Shown here piece by piece: positions 48,813 to 62,417 of a DNA stretch of 64,000 bases (within the stretch, counting starts at the first letter, position 1; each line of letters opens with the position of its first letter). The stretch comes from Podarcis vaucheri. Lineage: Eukaryota. Location of the stretch: assembly GCA_965113315.1 (NCBI GenBank), contig OZ220363.1; one strand, written 5' to 3'. The translations under genes and the position numbers were made by a program. Below the pieces are notes generated by a model. That model saw only the letters and a program-made list of their open reading frames with translations, had not been told where the DNA came from and searched no databases.

Positions 48813-51759
48813 AGAAGTTCTCTATCACCATATTACAAATGATCACCAAAGTCCGCTCATGTTTTCAGCCAGTGCTTCATGGAATTTCTGGCCCTCTCTT
48901 CCTCTTCCCCAAAAAGTTTCGCTCCAAATACAACTCAAGCCTCCTGTAAAAAGGGCATATTTTCTGCTATTGTCCTTTACAGTACTTGCTAACACATAGC
49001 TGGAGGACGAACTCCACTCCCCTTTGTCTGACGCTGAATAGCTCACCCTTTGTCAGGGTAATGACCCCGCCATCACCTGTCTTTGTTCTTTGATAGCACC
49101 TCTCTCAGCCAATCTCCTGAGGAAGCCGGCTTAATTTATGTTAATCTTTTAGGCCTTTCTAAATCCATTGATCAAACCCCACATTTACTTAATGCCATAA
49201 ATTATGGGGAGGACCTGGCACCCAGGAATTTTAGGGGATCCTTGTCCCCTGGAGACCCATAACATTATATTTGAGCATGTGCCCAATGTCCACAATGTTT
49301 CTGGGTAAACTGACCTAGTCATCCCCACATTCCTGTGGAATAAGGCAGATAAATTTTTAAATGAAACAGCACTACAGCTTGGGAAGGTCCAGAGCTCAGT
49401 GGCTAAGATTCTGTGTAGCTTGCAGAAGGTCCCCATTTCACTCACCTGCATCTCCAGGTGGGGCTAGAAGAGATCTCTGTTTGAAACCCTGGAGAGTCAC
49501 TGCTAGTCAGTGTAGACAATACTGAACTGGATGGCCCAGTGTACGAGATAGGCAGTCTTAAAACCCAGCATTATTTACTCTTTTTTAAAAGAGAAAAACC
49601 TAAGCACTATAGATGCAATATGTTAACTTGAAGCAACATCCATCTAAAACACTGCCAGATGGGCTTTTAAAAAAGGCATAGGTATTGGAGACAAAATGGG
49701 AAACAGAAAGATGGATCAGGTTTTTACATAACCTGTCAGACTGGAGAACCAAGGAGTGCCTCCTTTGATGCATTTAAAGCTCATTTGGCTGTAGCCACAC
49801 CTAAGAGCTGAATTCGCCTTTCAAAGTCAAGCAGTGGCAAAGAAATGTAGAATCTGAAAACAAAAATTACCAAAAACTGTTTAAGGGAATCTTAAAAATT
49901 AGTACATTGATTGCAGTATAAACGTTTTTTTAAAAAAAAAGTTAACCTCTTCTCTATCTCCAGTTTCTTACAAGTTTCACTGAACCCAAGATACTGAAGA
50001 GATAAGGCAAAAGCAAAAATGGCTTTATACTACTCTGGCAATTGTTTCGCAGAATACGAACTGTAAGGAGAGTCAAATTAAACATTCTTGTGATGCTAAG
50101 AGCCCTTCTCATCAACCTGAAATTCTACACAAATAGGGCACTGTTGAGATCTGTCCCTTTAATTTCTTTATTTGTGAATTGCACAGACAACCAAATGTCG
50201 TTAGACATACATTCCAGGTTAATTTTAAACAATTCTGATATATGATCAACCTAAACAATGTTTCAACGAACGAGGACCCTCGTTTTCTTAAGTGGGCATG
50301 AGATTTGATTGATTATATCACAGTCCTAAACGCATTGGTTGGTTTCGACAGAAAGTTTTTTCGACAGAAAGTTTTTGTTGCGGTTGGGAGGGAGGTGTTA
50401 ATTCTATATTACCGCAGGCATCGTCTGTCAATTCATGCATTTCAACCACACTGAAACCCCCAGCCGTCATGTTTTTCACAAAAGTCTACGGATTGCGATC
50501 AAAATCGGGATACTAAACAATAGAGCGTATCATAGTTTAAGTAGGGTGCAATCTGCACATGTCTAAAAGTTTTGGGGGTTTTTTAAAAAAATACTTTACT
50601 CCAGAGCAAGTTCCACCGGGACGTGCTTCTACTTAGATACACATAGGATGTGGTTTGCTCCGTACAAAATAGGTCGTCATAATTTGCTGTTTTACCGAAC
50701 TCTATTTATTGTATAAACTAATGTATACTCAGTCTTCTTCAAAATTTAGATCCACGCCCCTGTGCTTTTCAACATATTTTACGTTTCGTAAACGTAATCT
50801 AATCAAACTAACAAAAGCCTGATTTAATCCAAACTGAACAGCCCCTCCCCTGACTTCTGCCGGGGGGAAAAAACCTCCAAAAGATTAGGTTAACTCCACA
50901 CCTTTGAGGAAATTTATCTCAACATTACCGTAACTGACGCTGAAGTAATTATATACTGACAACAGCCAGCTGCCAGGATGCATTTGGTTTCTGATATTTA
51001 GTTGACAGTGTGCACGGCCCTTTGATACAGTTTTTTAAGGGGCTTTCCGCGCGGTTTCTGGAAAATAAGAGTACTGTATCCCTTTTCTGCACCACTTTAC
51101 TGTTTACCACCGCGGCGTGACGCCGAAAAAGAATATTATCACGGCAGGTTATGTTAGATACAACAGAGTGAGCTCGGAGGAAGGCGGGGAAGGTTTTTTT
51201 TACTATCCTGTCCTAAACATACCTACACGTGGTCAGCCCAACTGAACTGCTGCGAGATTCGTTTAAAAACTTCAGTCTCAGCAAACCGGACAGGTCTCCA
51301 AACCAGATACCCAATTTTTTTAAGTCACTCACTCCCTTGTCCGAAACAGAGGCATAAACATAGCCTCTGGCAATTGTGGGCTTGGTGGGTGGGGATGCCG
51401 TTTCCAGAAAAGATAAGAGGACATTCCACCCCCTGCAAAAAAAATAAAAAGATAAAGCAACAATTCTTGCAGCCGATCTGCTATTTGTTCTCTCTGCAAG
51501 GCAATGCCTTGGGATGTTTGATGCCCGCCGTTACCTGCAGAGCCACTCTGAGCAGGGCATGTCCCCCCAAAAGCCTCGTATCGCTAAATGGGCCTAGAAC
51601 TGGGAACTCCCTGTGTCCCCTTTAAAACAAAACAGAGTGTGGAGGCCTCTTTATCTACACACTTTCAGGAAATCCGGCCCTTAAACTTCTTACTCTGGAT
51701 TAGTTCCATTGAGAGCAATAGCCCTAATCCAGTCTGACTCTCAGCACATGAAGAGGGAC

Positions 51760-52460
51760 CGCTGCCTACAGTCGCTAGCGCCGGGCAGACAGCTGCCGTT
51801 ACTGCGCACGCGCCAGAAACCGTATTAGTATTTCCAATAGGCAAAGCAACAGAAAACTACAGTTTTACGTAAGACTCCGGTCAAGCCAGAAGGGTGACCA
51901 AAAAAAAACAAACCCCCACACAAAGGCGCATGCGCCTCCGCTGCCTGACTCTAGGCCAAAAAGAGGTAGTCTGCGCTCTCGCGCTTGCGCAGTTAGGCTG
52001 CTCTTGTTTCTGGGTGGGGAAAATTACGCCTGCGCATGGTAGGCCCCTGCCCGTAGGGAGGGGGGTCAGCGAGAGAAGGATATGTCGCGCAGGCGCAGTA
52101 TGGCGGCCTTGTATGTGTGTATGTGAGAGTCTGACGGGTTCAAAATGGCGGCGGCTGCTTCTATGTGAGGGGAAGAGTCTGGGGGTTGTGGGGAGGGAAC
52201 GGGTGGCGGTGTCGGACGGGCGCCGGTGGGTTGGGGCCCCCAGCTGCGCGGTGCTGGGTCGCAGCTCCTTGGCCCCAAGAGGCGGCGCGGCGGTGCTTGC
52301 TGGCCCAGCGCCTTGAGAGGCTGCGGTCGCGTCCCAGGGGGGTGTTAGGGCTTGGGCTCGGGTTCGAGTTAGGGGAATGCGCGTGGGGCCGGCGTTGCTG
52401 AGCCCGGGTGGAGCGGGGGGCTGGGCTGGGCTGGGTGGGGGCATCTGAGGTGAGCCGAGT
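51760..52460 (+). promoter_or_regulatory. KDM2A: CpG-island promoter and first exon region of KDM2A
   Basis: High CpG density; NRF1 palindrome GCGCATGCGC at 51926-51935 with variants near 51803 and 52030; YY1-type AAAATGGCGGC at 52142-52152; candidate donors at 52165 and 52450. Confidence 0.85.
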
Positions 52461-54820
52461 GGGCTGAGCTGAGGGGTGTGTGGATGCCCTAGAAAGGCAA
52501 GTTGTGGGACTGGGAAGGCTGGACGTGTAGGTGAGAATGGTCTGGATTTGGGGCACAGGGGTCCAGGACCTGCAGCCCAAGAACAGCGACTGAGAGCTGA
52601 TTTGTTTCATGACTGGATGGAGGTGGGGAAGACTTTCTGTAAGGGCAGGAGCTGGAGAGAGAGTTGCTTTCCCTCCTGAGGAGTTATGGCTCTGGGTTCC
52701 CAACTTGGAGGGTAGGGTGAAGAGAGAGTGTAGTTCTCAGGGCAACCCCCTCCCGCCCAAGGCTGGCCTCGCTGAGAGGAGCTGAGGAACTGAGCGCCCT
52801 CCAGAGCCTACCTGATGACGCCCCCTTTCCCCAACAGTGGGATCGGGGTCCCTTCTTTCTGAGGGGCTTATAGCCCATTTTGGATGCTAACGTTCTCCAG
52901 CCTTCAGGGTCGAAGAGTAATTCACTTGGGAATTAATTGACTTTCCGGCTTTTCTCCTGCCCTAGGAAGGGGCAAAGGAAAACCAGAGACCTGGTAAGAT
53001 ATAGCGATATTTCTGTTATTTAGTTTTGCAAACAGTCCTATACAGTATCTCGTTCTTTCCCTTTTGCCCTGTGGGAGTCAGGGTGCCTCATTGCGTTTAT
53101 GCCACTACAAACAATGAGTGATATTCTACTGCTTAAAATGCAGACAAAGTTTCTGCTTGCGCTGATTTGTGTCTCTCTTCTGCTGGAATGGAATTGAACT
53201 GGCATGTGGGGTGTTGATCCTCTGCGTTTTACTGACTTTGGGACTTTTGAGGCTGTTTGGAAAGAGAGAGGCACACACAAGGCTGATTTGGAATAGGAGG
53301 TGGCAAGTAGGAGCTTCTGAGTTTCACTTACCCCACCCAAAACCCTCCTGCTACTGTATACAGGAAGCCCACAACTTACGCGCATTTAACTTGTGCACAT
53401 TCAGCTTTATGCGTGTGGCAAAAAAATTAAATAAAAATTAAAAGGGGGCCGGGTTCCAGGAAATTGACTTTGGCAGTCCCACATGCCATTGAACTCAGTG
53501 TGATTTGACTATACTGTACATGATTTTGGCTTTAGGCATAATTCCCAGAATGTAACCCCTCGTAAGTTGCAGGCTTACTGTACTTGAAAATGTAAACAGA
53601 GACCATTTAGGCAATTTTGTATTGGCTTTAAATCGAGTTATGTTGTGGTCTGTATCTTATACTACTTGCTTAACCCATGCAAATGTTAAGCGGGTGCTGA
53701 AATGACTGTTTTCTGGTGATTGACTGCTGACCCAGTCTTGTAATGTGTCTACCACTAAAACAGTACCACCATAACTTATATACACCATTTTGGGGTATGC
53801 CCAGGATCCATATTATTTTTTATTTGCTTGATGCATAAAGTACCTTTACACTGGCTTCTCTAAAATTAAATGTTCCATTCACTAACTTCTCCTTAACTGA
53901 GCAATAAAATAGTTGTGACACACATGTCCTGACTGAGATACAGTGGTAGTAAAGGTGTGAATGGACTACAGCACATATGATGGTCTTCTGTCATATATTG
54001 TGCCTACACTAGCCAATTAAAACATTATGCTGTTGAACGTAAAATTCTGCTGTAGTTGGTGTCTGACTGCATTTGGTCAGACTAGATCTAGGTTATGCCA
54101 TAATCAGTAGCAGAATTCTGCCTCTATAATGGTGGGTAACTCTTACAGTATTCAAATGAACAATGGATTGCATACTTTTGTCTTCTCCGCATAGAGTCAA
54201 ACTGCAGTTTCAACAAATGCTGAGAGGGGTCCTTGGTTGCGGGGTGCAGTAATATAGTAAACTGAGCCCTCTGTATTGATTCCATTGTGTTTAATCATGG
54301 TATCTCTGTTGTTTTGAAACATTTCCTGGGAAAATTCCTATAGGTATTTCCTGACCAAACTGAGCATGTTTGTTCTTTAACTGACTTTTCAATTCATTTA
54401 AAAAGCAGACACCGCATAGAATACTCTGTCGCCACCTAGCATGTATATTTACTTGGGTACTTGACAAAACTATGAAAGTATTGCTTGATGTTAAAGTGTG
54501 GATACTATGAGACTGATTCCATTGTGGAATAGCCATATCACCACTTGGGATTTTTGTTTTATTTGAATTGACCCTAGTTTTTAAAAATGGCCATGGCTTA
54601 ATCAGGTCCTAAAAATTAAGTCATCCTGTTACTTCATAGTCATTGTTAATTTTCCATTCTTGATTCATGACATTTCATATTGTTGATAAAACCAAGGCAA
54701 TGAAGAGTTAAAGTGGAATTTCTAATCTGTTCTGCTTCCTTATTCTGGTATCTTTAGGAGGAAGAAGAGGAAGACAGCAGTTCTGATATCTCATTCTCGC
54801 TCTCATCAGAAGAGTCTGAG

Positions 54821-54862
54821 ATGGAACCTGAAGAAGAGCGGGTCCGTTATAGCAAAAGGCTG
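54821..54862 (+). CDS. KDM2A: Lysine demethylase 2A, first coding exon (exon 54758-54862); gene continues beyond the window
   Basis: MEPEEERVRYSKRL matches the human N-terminus MEPEEERIRYSQRL; 42 coding nt; acceptor TCTTTAG (ends 54757), donor CTG|GTCAGT; downstream of RHOD as in human. Confidence 0.92.
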
Positions 54863-56424
54863 GTCAGTATATACTCTTATGCATAGTGTTTCTACCCATA
54901 ACTTTTTAGATCCACTCTAACTAAAAGAAACAAAAAAAAAATTGTAAATAATTCCCCAGTAGTGTTAATAGGCTCGATTTCAAAGTTTGTGATTTAGTAG
55001 CCACTTCAAGCTCGTCATAAATTTTAAAATTGTGCTTCCAGAGGAAGAGGAGTGTAGTAAGGCTACTAAAAGTTTCCTACAGTTGAATACAGCAAAGGCT
55101 GACTGAGGTGATGATGGTTAGCAAAGCTGGAGGTGACTGAGCAAGAATGTGGACACACATGTTTGGCCTCCATTGTGCTTTCAGTTTTGCAGTCTTGGAT
55201 TATCACAGGTGTGCTATCTTGAATTTAATACTGTGTCCAGAAGCTCAGGTTGTGGTGGTGTCAGAGTGCTTTAATTGACTACATCTGGTGTGAAAGCTTG
55301 GGTATTTTGTCCAATTTGGACCTGGTGAGTTGTTCATGTTTGTACCCTTAAGGCTAGTTCACCATAATATATTTTGTGGAGCTTACCTTGAGGATGAGTC
55401 AGAAGCTTCTCAAATGGTATACTGTGCTGCAGCTCATTTCCTGAGAAGAGTAGGTTTTATAGAGCATAGTATACCTAATGCTCCAGTGCTTGTTACTGCA
55501 GAATCTATTAGTGTCCAACATACCATATGAGGGGTTTTATGGGATCAGTTTCAGTTATGACAGCCTGATGATATGAACAAAGTGTTTGAAGCAGTGCATC
55601 CAAACAGGGCTGGTTTCTGAAGTGCAGACAGTCACCTGGTCAGCAGGAGTTCAAAGCAGGGCCCTTCACAAGGCCCTTGCAAAGAGCTCTGTATTGTGCT
55701 TTGAAGTACAGGATTAGCTGACCAGCAGTGCTCCAGAAGCAATTGTGAAGGATTACTGGCAGGTGGACATCCTCACCCACCTGACAGATTTGGACTGTGG
55801 GGGTGAAGGTAAGGATCTGGCCTGTCAGCTGGATCCAGTCCCCCACCCCTGGAGTAATCCGTAGTTATGTGATATGGTCTGCCCGGCTACTTGAAGGTGG
55901 TGGTGGTGGTGTGATCTTTCCTGAAAAATCTTGCCTTGGATCCAATGGTATGTGGCAGCTTGGGCCTAATTGCAAAATACCCTATTTCAGAGGAAGGTGC
56001 TTGCTTGAGAGGGTAGTAGTGGTTTAAATACAGGTGTTTCTGTGTGAAATATATTTAGCCTTACCAGTCTGGGTTCCAACCTGGCTTAGGGATTGAGTTG
56101 GCCTTAATTGCACTGATGGGTGACCTTTATAAGGTGAGGGAAAGGAGGGTTGCAACCCAGTTAATCTTTCTTGATCTCAGCAGCTTTTGATATTAAGCTT
56201 AGTATCTTTCTGGATCAGCTCTATGGTTTGGGGGTTGGAGTGTTGTTCAGCATATCTGCCCAGCTTGATTGCAGAGTAGTACTGGGTGACTGTGTCTGCC
56301 CCCTAGCAGTTATTCTCTTGGATACCACTGTAAAGTACTTTGTCCTCAGTGCTATTTAACATCTAAGTAAAGCCATTGGGATTTAGAGCACAATGTCTTC
56401 AGTATTATTATATTTATCATCATC

Positions 56425-56850
56425 ATCATTAATTATTAAATTTATATACTACCCTTTATCAAAAGGTCCCAGGGCAGTGTACAACATTACAAACCTATTT
56501 TATGGAGCATAAGATTGAAAACATAAAACAAAGCATAGTTATAGGCAGCATCATAATAAAATAATAATAACAGTCCCTCTGTCCCCACAACTTTAACAGG
56601 CCATAGATTATTTAATGGCCTAAGGTCTTGGTAAAGACGAATGTTTTAGGCTGGTACCTAAAGACATGTAGTGATAACAGCAGGTGAGCCATTCTGGGGA
56701 GAGCATTCCACAGATGGGGAGCCACCACAGAAAAGGTCAGTTCTTGTGTTGTCATCCTCCAAACCTCTCGTGGAGAGGGCCATAGAGAAGGGCCTCTGAT
56801 GACAAATGCAGAATCCAGATCAGTTCATATGGGGAAAGGTGGTCCTTAAG
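56425..56850 (-). mobile_element. Old L2 3' fragment
   Basis: AGAGCATTCCACAGATGGGGAGCCACCACAGAAAAGG resembles the other L2 tails in the window. Confidence 0.6.
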
Positions 56851-58846
56851 ATACACTCAACGACTGATTTAGGCATGTCCAAATGATGCGTGGTTGTACA
56901 CAGAACCTGGAAGTAGCCCCCAAATGTCATAAAGATGACACAAAAAGGGGGCAGGGTAGAACAGATTTACACATGTTCCGGTGTATGCAGGGGTCTGGAA
57001 TGTAACCCCCATGCAAAATGAAGATTGCCTGTATTGCAGTCTTGAGCTGTGTAAGGCTCATGACAATTGACTCTCCTTCTCTCTTACATCTGAATCTGGT
57101 GGCAAGTTCTGAGCTGATATCTAAATGCAGTTGTGTGCTGAATGGATGCCAGTAGACCTTGACTGAATCCTGACAAGGTTATGGATGTTTCCCTGCCTTT
57201 GAAGATTTGTAGTCTGGAAGTACTCATCTTTGTCACAAGAATCCTCATTGGCTAAGAGTACATTCTACCAGCTTTGGTAGGCTAGATAAGGACGTCCCTG
57301 TTAGGGGTTATAGGTTCACATTGGTCCATGCATGCATTGGTAATCTCAGGACTTGGTTATTGTAATGCACTCTATGCAGGGTTGCACCATACCAAACTCT
57401 ACATAATCTGTTACTTCAAGAACATGGGATGACCGTCCCCATGCAGTATAAATAGGAAGGAAGAAGTGTAAATGGAGAATAATTGAATTGGAAGTACTTG
57501 GTGCTTGGCTGAAACCAACACATCATAGTTATTATTGAAATTACAGAACTGGAATTTGACCTAATTACTTCCAAGAGATATTCAAAGACACTCTTAGTTT
57601 ACTGATGTGTAACATATTTAAGTCTGTCTTGATTGTTTAAGCTTACAAATGTAATCAGGCATTTTGTTTCTTGGCATCTTTCATTGTTTGTGTATAGGCA
57701 AATTGTATTGCCTTCAACACCCATATTTGTGATTATGATATGTGTGTAGTGGTGGGAAGCTATATGTGCTCAGTCTTTATGGGTTTGTAAAGCTGGGTTT
57801 GTATAGGCTGGAGGAGTGGAATTAAGAAATGGAAGTGTTAATTGTACAAGTTATGGGAGGTGGGTTCATATTAGGAAAGAAGAAATGAGAATAAGATCTG
57901 GTAGCAAACATTTCCTTTTTAAAAAAAGAGTGGACGGGATGGCTGTACAGCAGTTTTGAAACATTCTAACTTCAGAGAATCCTTTTTATATTGGTTTGTC
58001 TGCTGAGGTGCCCTGTAGCAATGCCACAAAGCATATGCATGGCAAAGGACTCCTGAATATGTTTAGTGTGCTCAGCTTAGTTCACTTGATATACAGGTTT
58101 CTCCTGTTAGCCCTAGTGGTCAAACCACACCAATTGTACTGTAGAATGAATTTGACATTGCTGCATAAACCTGCACCATGGCATTAAAGAAGTACATTGA
58201 TAGTACTGAGCAAGCTTTTCTTTTGGTGACTGTTGTCCTTTGGTAATCTAGTTGTCCTTTAGTAAGAATCCTTAGCATGTATCTAGGAACTACAAGATTT
58301 CATAGGACTGCATTTGAAAACCATTCAAGAAAGTATTGTGGTAAAATAAGAAAAAGGAAATTAAGTTGCCCTGAACCTTCAAGATAGGCTAGAGAAAGCA
58401 AATTAAAATATATTGATTGTATCTGTCAAAATACTTGTATCTGTAGACGATTGATGGGATAAGATTTTATACTTGTTGTTGACGAGTTTTCCATATAACT
58501 TTCAAGAAGGGTTTATTTCAGCATTCAGTTGTGCCTGAAACTAAAAACTGTCTTCCACAAATACCAAGTGGAGCTATCCTTTTATGTGTGCATTAGGAAT
58601 ATTGTTAAGTGGTTAGCCAGCAGAGATAAAATTGTTTTAATGGACATAGTTGAACTATTGTAAAGTTGAGGTTTGTTTGTTGAGTTCTTTGTAACTGTAG
58701 CTAGCTGATGGTTTCTAATATGTCGATAAATTTTGAGTTTCTGCAAAATTGGACTCTCATTTTTAATACTTACCTGCTTTCAAATAGAAAAGTATGTACC
58801 TAGTTAGCTACATACAATAATGTTGTGCCTAGCTCTTCAGATAATA

Positions 58847-59064
58847 CAGTGGTACCTCGTATTACGTACCATCCCCCTTACGAATGCTGCGGGTTACACG
58901 CCCCTTGTTGAGAATTTGCCCCGGAATGTGAGCGGAAGTCACGCTCCAGCTGCACAGCAGCAGCAGGAGGCGCCATTAGAGAAAGTGCGCCTCATGTTAC
59001 GAGCAGTTTCCTGTTACGAACGGACGTCCAGAACAGAGTAAGTATGTAACACGAGGTACCACTG
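58847..59064. mobile_element. Tc1/mariner-type MITE
   Basis: TIR CAGTGGTACCTCGT / ACGAGGTACCACTG, TA TSD. Confidence 0.88.
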
Positions 59065-60191
59065 TAGAAGAAAGAAACCTATATAATCCAACTTTGGTTT
59101 GCTCAACATGTTTGGCCTTGGAACCAATTTTGTTTCGGGTATGTGAAATTGGTTTTTATATGGAATGGATTATAGTATTCTTACTAAATGCCTCTACTTT
59201 ATTTTCTGATCAGGTGTCCATGCCTCCCCACCAACCTTGTGATTTTTCTTCCCCTCCCCCCCTCCCCCCAAAAGCTCTTGCTTTTTATCCCTCCAAACCA
59301 GGTTAAGGATAATCTTTGGCACATGGACCATATCTGACCCAACACAGTTCCTACCAGTGATGCCGTTATCCACAAACAACACCCATCTGCCATTGAATGT
59401 GGCATCAGTTATGGGGCAGGTAGAGATGCAGCTGGACTAGCATAGCTGATGTCTGCAGAAAGCAGCTTTGACAGGTCAATGCTCAATGCATGGGAAGCAG
59501 TGCACAAAACACTTTGCAAGCTTTGTGCTCAATGGATCCCAAGTGCTTGCCAACCAGCTGGCTGTTGGGTGCTTGGGAAGCACTATGTGAGGTTGGGGGA
59601 CAACCCCACCTGTCAACCACTTGGTTTCACAATGGGTTGTCCTGTTGACATGTCAAAGTTGGCCCATAAGGCTCTAGCTTGCTGGATCAAAAAGGTTCCC
59701 CTCCCCTACTCCAGATTCTCTGAACTGCTACCAAACATATTCTCTTGAATCTTTGGGACTGCAAAAGTATAACATTATATATGTGCTTTTTATTGGACCA
59801 ACCTGAAAAAGGGTAATTACAACTTTCAAACTGGCCAATTTGACTGGAATTGTGGACTAAGAGATAAAATTGTGCAAGTAAAAGAAAGAAAGATAAAGAA
59901 TGTATTTTAATTTTTCCAACAATATATGCATAAGAGATATAAATGAAGTTACTAGAATGCAGTAATAATGGACACAACCATATAAAGTGATGTCTGCACT
60001 TCAACTTCATGTGACCAGCAATAATACTGAAGGCCAGACACATTTCAATCCACAAGGGGTCTTTCTTAATGGTCAATAAATGTACAAATTTCAGTGTTGT
60101 CACCAGAAAGAAATCATATGGCTGATTTATATAAATAGTTGACCTACCTCATCCTTAGAATTTTTATACAATTAAGTCGCAAGCTGTATAG

Positions 60192-60469
60192 CAAGGATGT
60201 CCAACCGGTCGACCACCAGGTAGGTTTGGGTCGACCATGGGCGATTTTTTCCCTTATCCCCCAAAAGTAAACTCAATATTTTTGACTTGCCCCTCTAAAA
60301 AAAGGCTAATAACTCTTTTACTTTCCTCCCTTAAAAAGCTCAACAATTTTGACTTTCCTCCCCCCAAAAACATCAACAACTTTGACCTGACCCCCCATAA
60401 AGGGGTAGATCACTGCCAGTTTTTTATTTTGTGAGTAGATCGCAGTCTCTTGGGAGTTGGACGTCCCTG
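60192..60469. mobile_element. hAT MITE
   Basis: CAAGGATGTCCAAC...GTTGGACGTCCCTG; left TSD CTGTATAG (60184-60191), right copy displaced to 61511-61518 by an RTE insertion. Confidence 0.75.
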
Positions 60470-60475
60470 CTGCAT

Positions 60476-61502
60476 CTTCTTCTTCTTTGACGATCACTCG
60501 TAGCCGAGTAAGATTGTCTTCCATAAACACAGTTTGAACAATGAGTTTGTAAGTGACTGTGGAGGCCGATTCTGGATCCACACATCCTTCCACAGTGGGG
60601 ACATTGGTTTCTGGGCGGGAGTTGATCACGGTGTGGATTTGCCAAGCATGCCTTCCTCTTAGAACATTTCTCCCTTGTGTCCTGCGTTCGAGTGTCTTCA
60701 AACCCCATGACACCTTTGGTAAAGGCTGTTCTCCAACTGGAGCGCTCGTAGGCCAGTGTTTCCCATTTGTCAGTGTTTATACTACATTTTTTTAGATTTG
60801 TCTTGAGACAGTCTTTAAACCTCTTTTGTTGACTACCAGCATTACGCTTTTACATTTTTAAGTTCGGAATAGAGTAGTTGCTTTGGAAGACGATCATCAG
60901 GCATCTGAACAACATGACCACTCCAATGAAGTTGATGTTGAAGAATCATTGCTTCAACACTGGTGATATTCACTTCTTCCAGTACACTGATATTAATTCG
61001 CCTGTCTTCCCAAGTGATGTGTAAATTTTTTTGGAGACACTGTTGTTGGAATCTTTCAAGGAGTTGGAGATGGTGTTTATAAGTGGTCCATGTTTCACAA
61101 GCATATAGTAAGGTTGGTAGTACAATAGCTTTGTAAACAAGCATTTTGGTTTCCCTGTGAATGTCCTGGTCCTCAAAACACTCTGCACTTCAATCGGGAG
61201 AAAGCTGCACTCGCAGAGTTCAGGCAATCCTGGATTTCAGCATCAATGTTGGCCCTTGTGGAAAGATAATTGCCTAGGTTGGAGAAGTGATCAGCATTTT
61301 CCAACGTTACACCATTGAGTTGGATTTGTGGTGCTGCAGAGGGGTTATTTTGTACTTGTTGGTGCAGCACTTTGGTTTTTTGGATGTTGAGTGATAGGCC
61401 AAGCTTTTCGTAAGCTTCTGCAAAGATATTTAGGATGGTTTGGAGGTCATCCTCTGAGCGTGCACACACTACATTGTCATCAGCATACTGAAGCTCTATG
61501 AC
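60476..61502 (-). mobile_element. RTE-clade LINE, 5'-truncated and frameshifted
   Basis: ELQYADD RT motif, LVYKAIVLPTLLYACETW, C-terminal CPHCGRMCGSRIGLHSH zinc finger, (GAA)n tail. Confidence 0.92.
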
Positions 61503-62417
61503 GGACCCCGCTGTATAGTTTAGTATAGAAGGTGGTATATTTCTAGTGCTCAGTCATATATATTTCTAGGGCTTTCAACAGGATCTCTACTTGGCAAATG
61601 TCAGCCATCCAGTCCATCTGGCAATTCACTCCCCACCCCCCCTTTTAAAAAAAACTTCATACCCAATTTTGTGCCTAAGTTACACTTTTGAGGTTGGGTT
61701 TTCTGTTTTCTTTTCTTTGGATCTTCTTTACTGGGAATGTATGCATTAATCAGGTTACAGTACTAATTTTCTGAAACAGTGCTGTTTAGAAATAGAAAAT
61801 TTTGCACTCAACATCACTGAGACATGCCACACACACACACACACATTGCAATTGTCAGAGTTCTGAGCTTACTAAGATGAGAAATAGTGAATACATGTAT
61901 GGGATAATAGGCAGACATCTTGAAGAATTGGTTTTGAGACCCAACTGCCAGTCAAGTTTAAAAGTACTGAGCTAAATAGAGCTATGGCCTTTCCATTATA
62001 CACAATAGATTTTTGTGTGGAATAGAAGAAGCAGGAGACTGCATTGTCTTGTATTTCTTTCACATTTCTACTTGATAACTGAATTGGAAATTCTCTTTCA
62101 CTGGTGAAGTGAATGTATTCATTTTTAATTACTGATACAGTCTCTTATTAATCATTGGTGGACCTTGCAGAGCTTCCTACGTCACAAGTACTGGTCTTAC
62201 ATGTCTTTAACTTTGATCATAGGCATTTCCATCTGAAAGATTCAGCTGCCCTGATTGAGGACCCCCACCCTTTTTCTTCTTCTGTTGGTGTAAATGTAGC
62301 TAATTTAGTTTACATTCACATATTGATGTCCTTCAATTTTTTTGGGAAAACCCTAATCACTGCTGTTAAAAGAAAGATGTGTCTTTAGATTTTAGAATAA
62401 AAAACTACTAATGCATT

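Noticed and set aside
51881-52703. Several 140-187-aa ORFs
   Set aside because: Low-complexity products of stop-poor CpG-island sequence.
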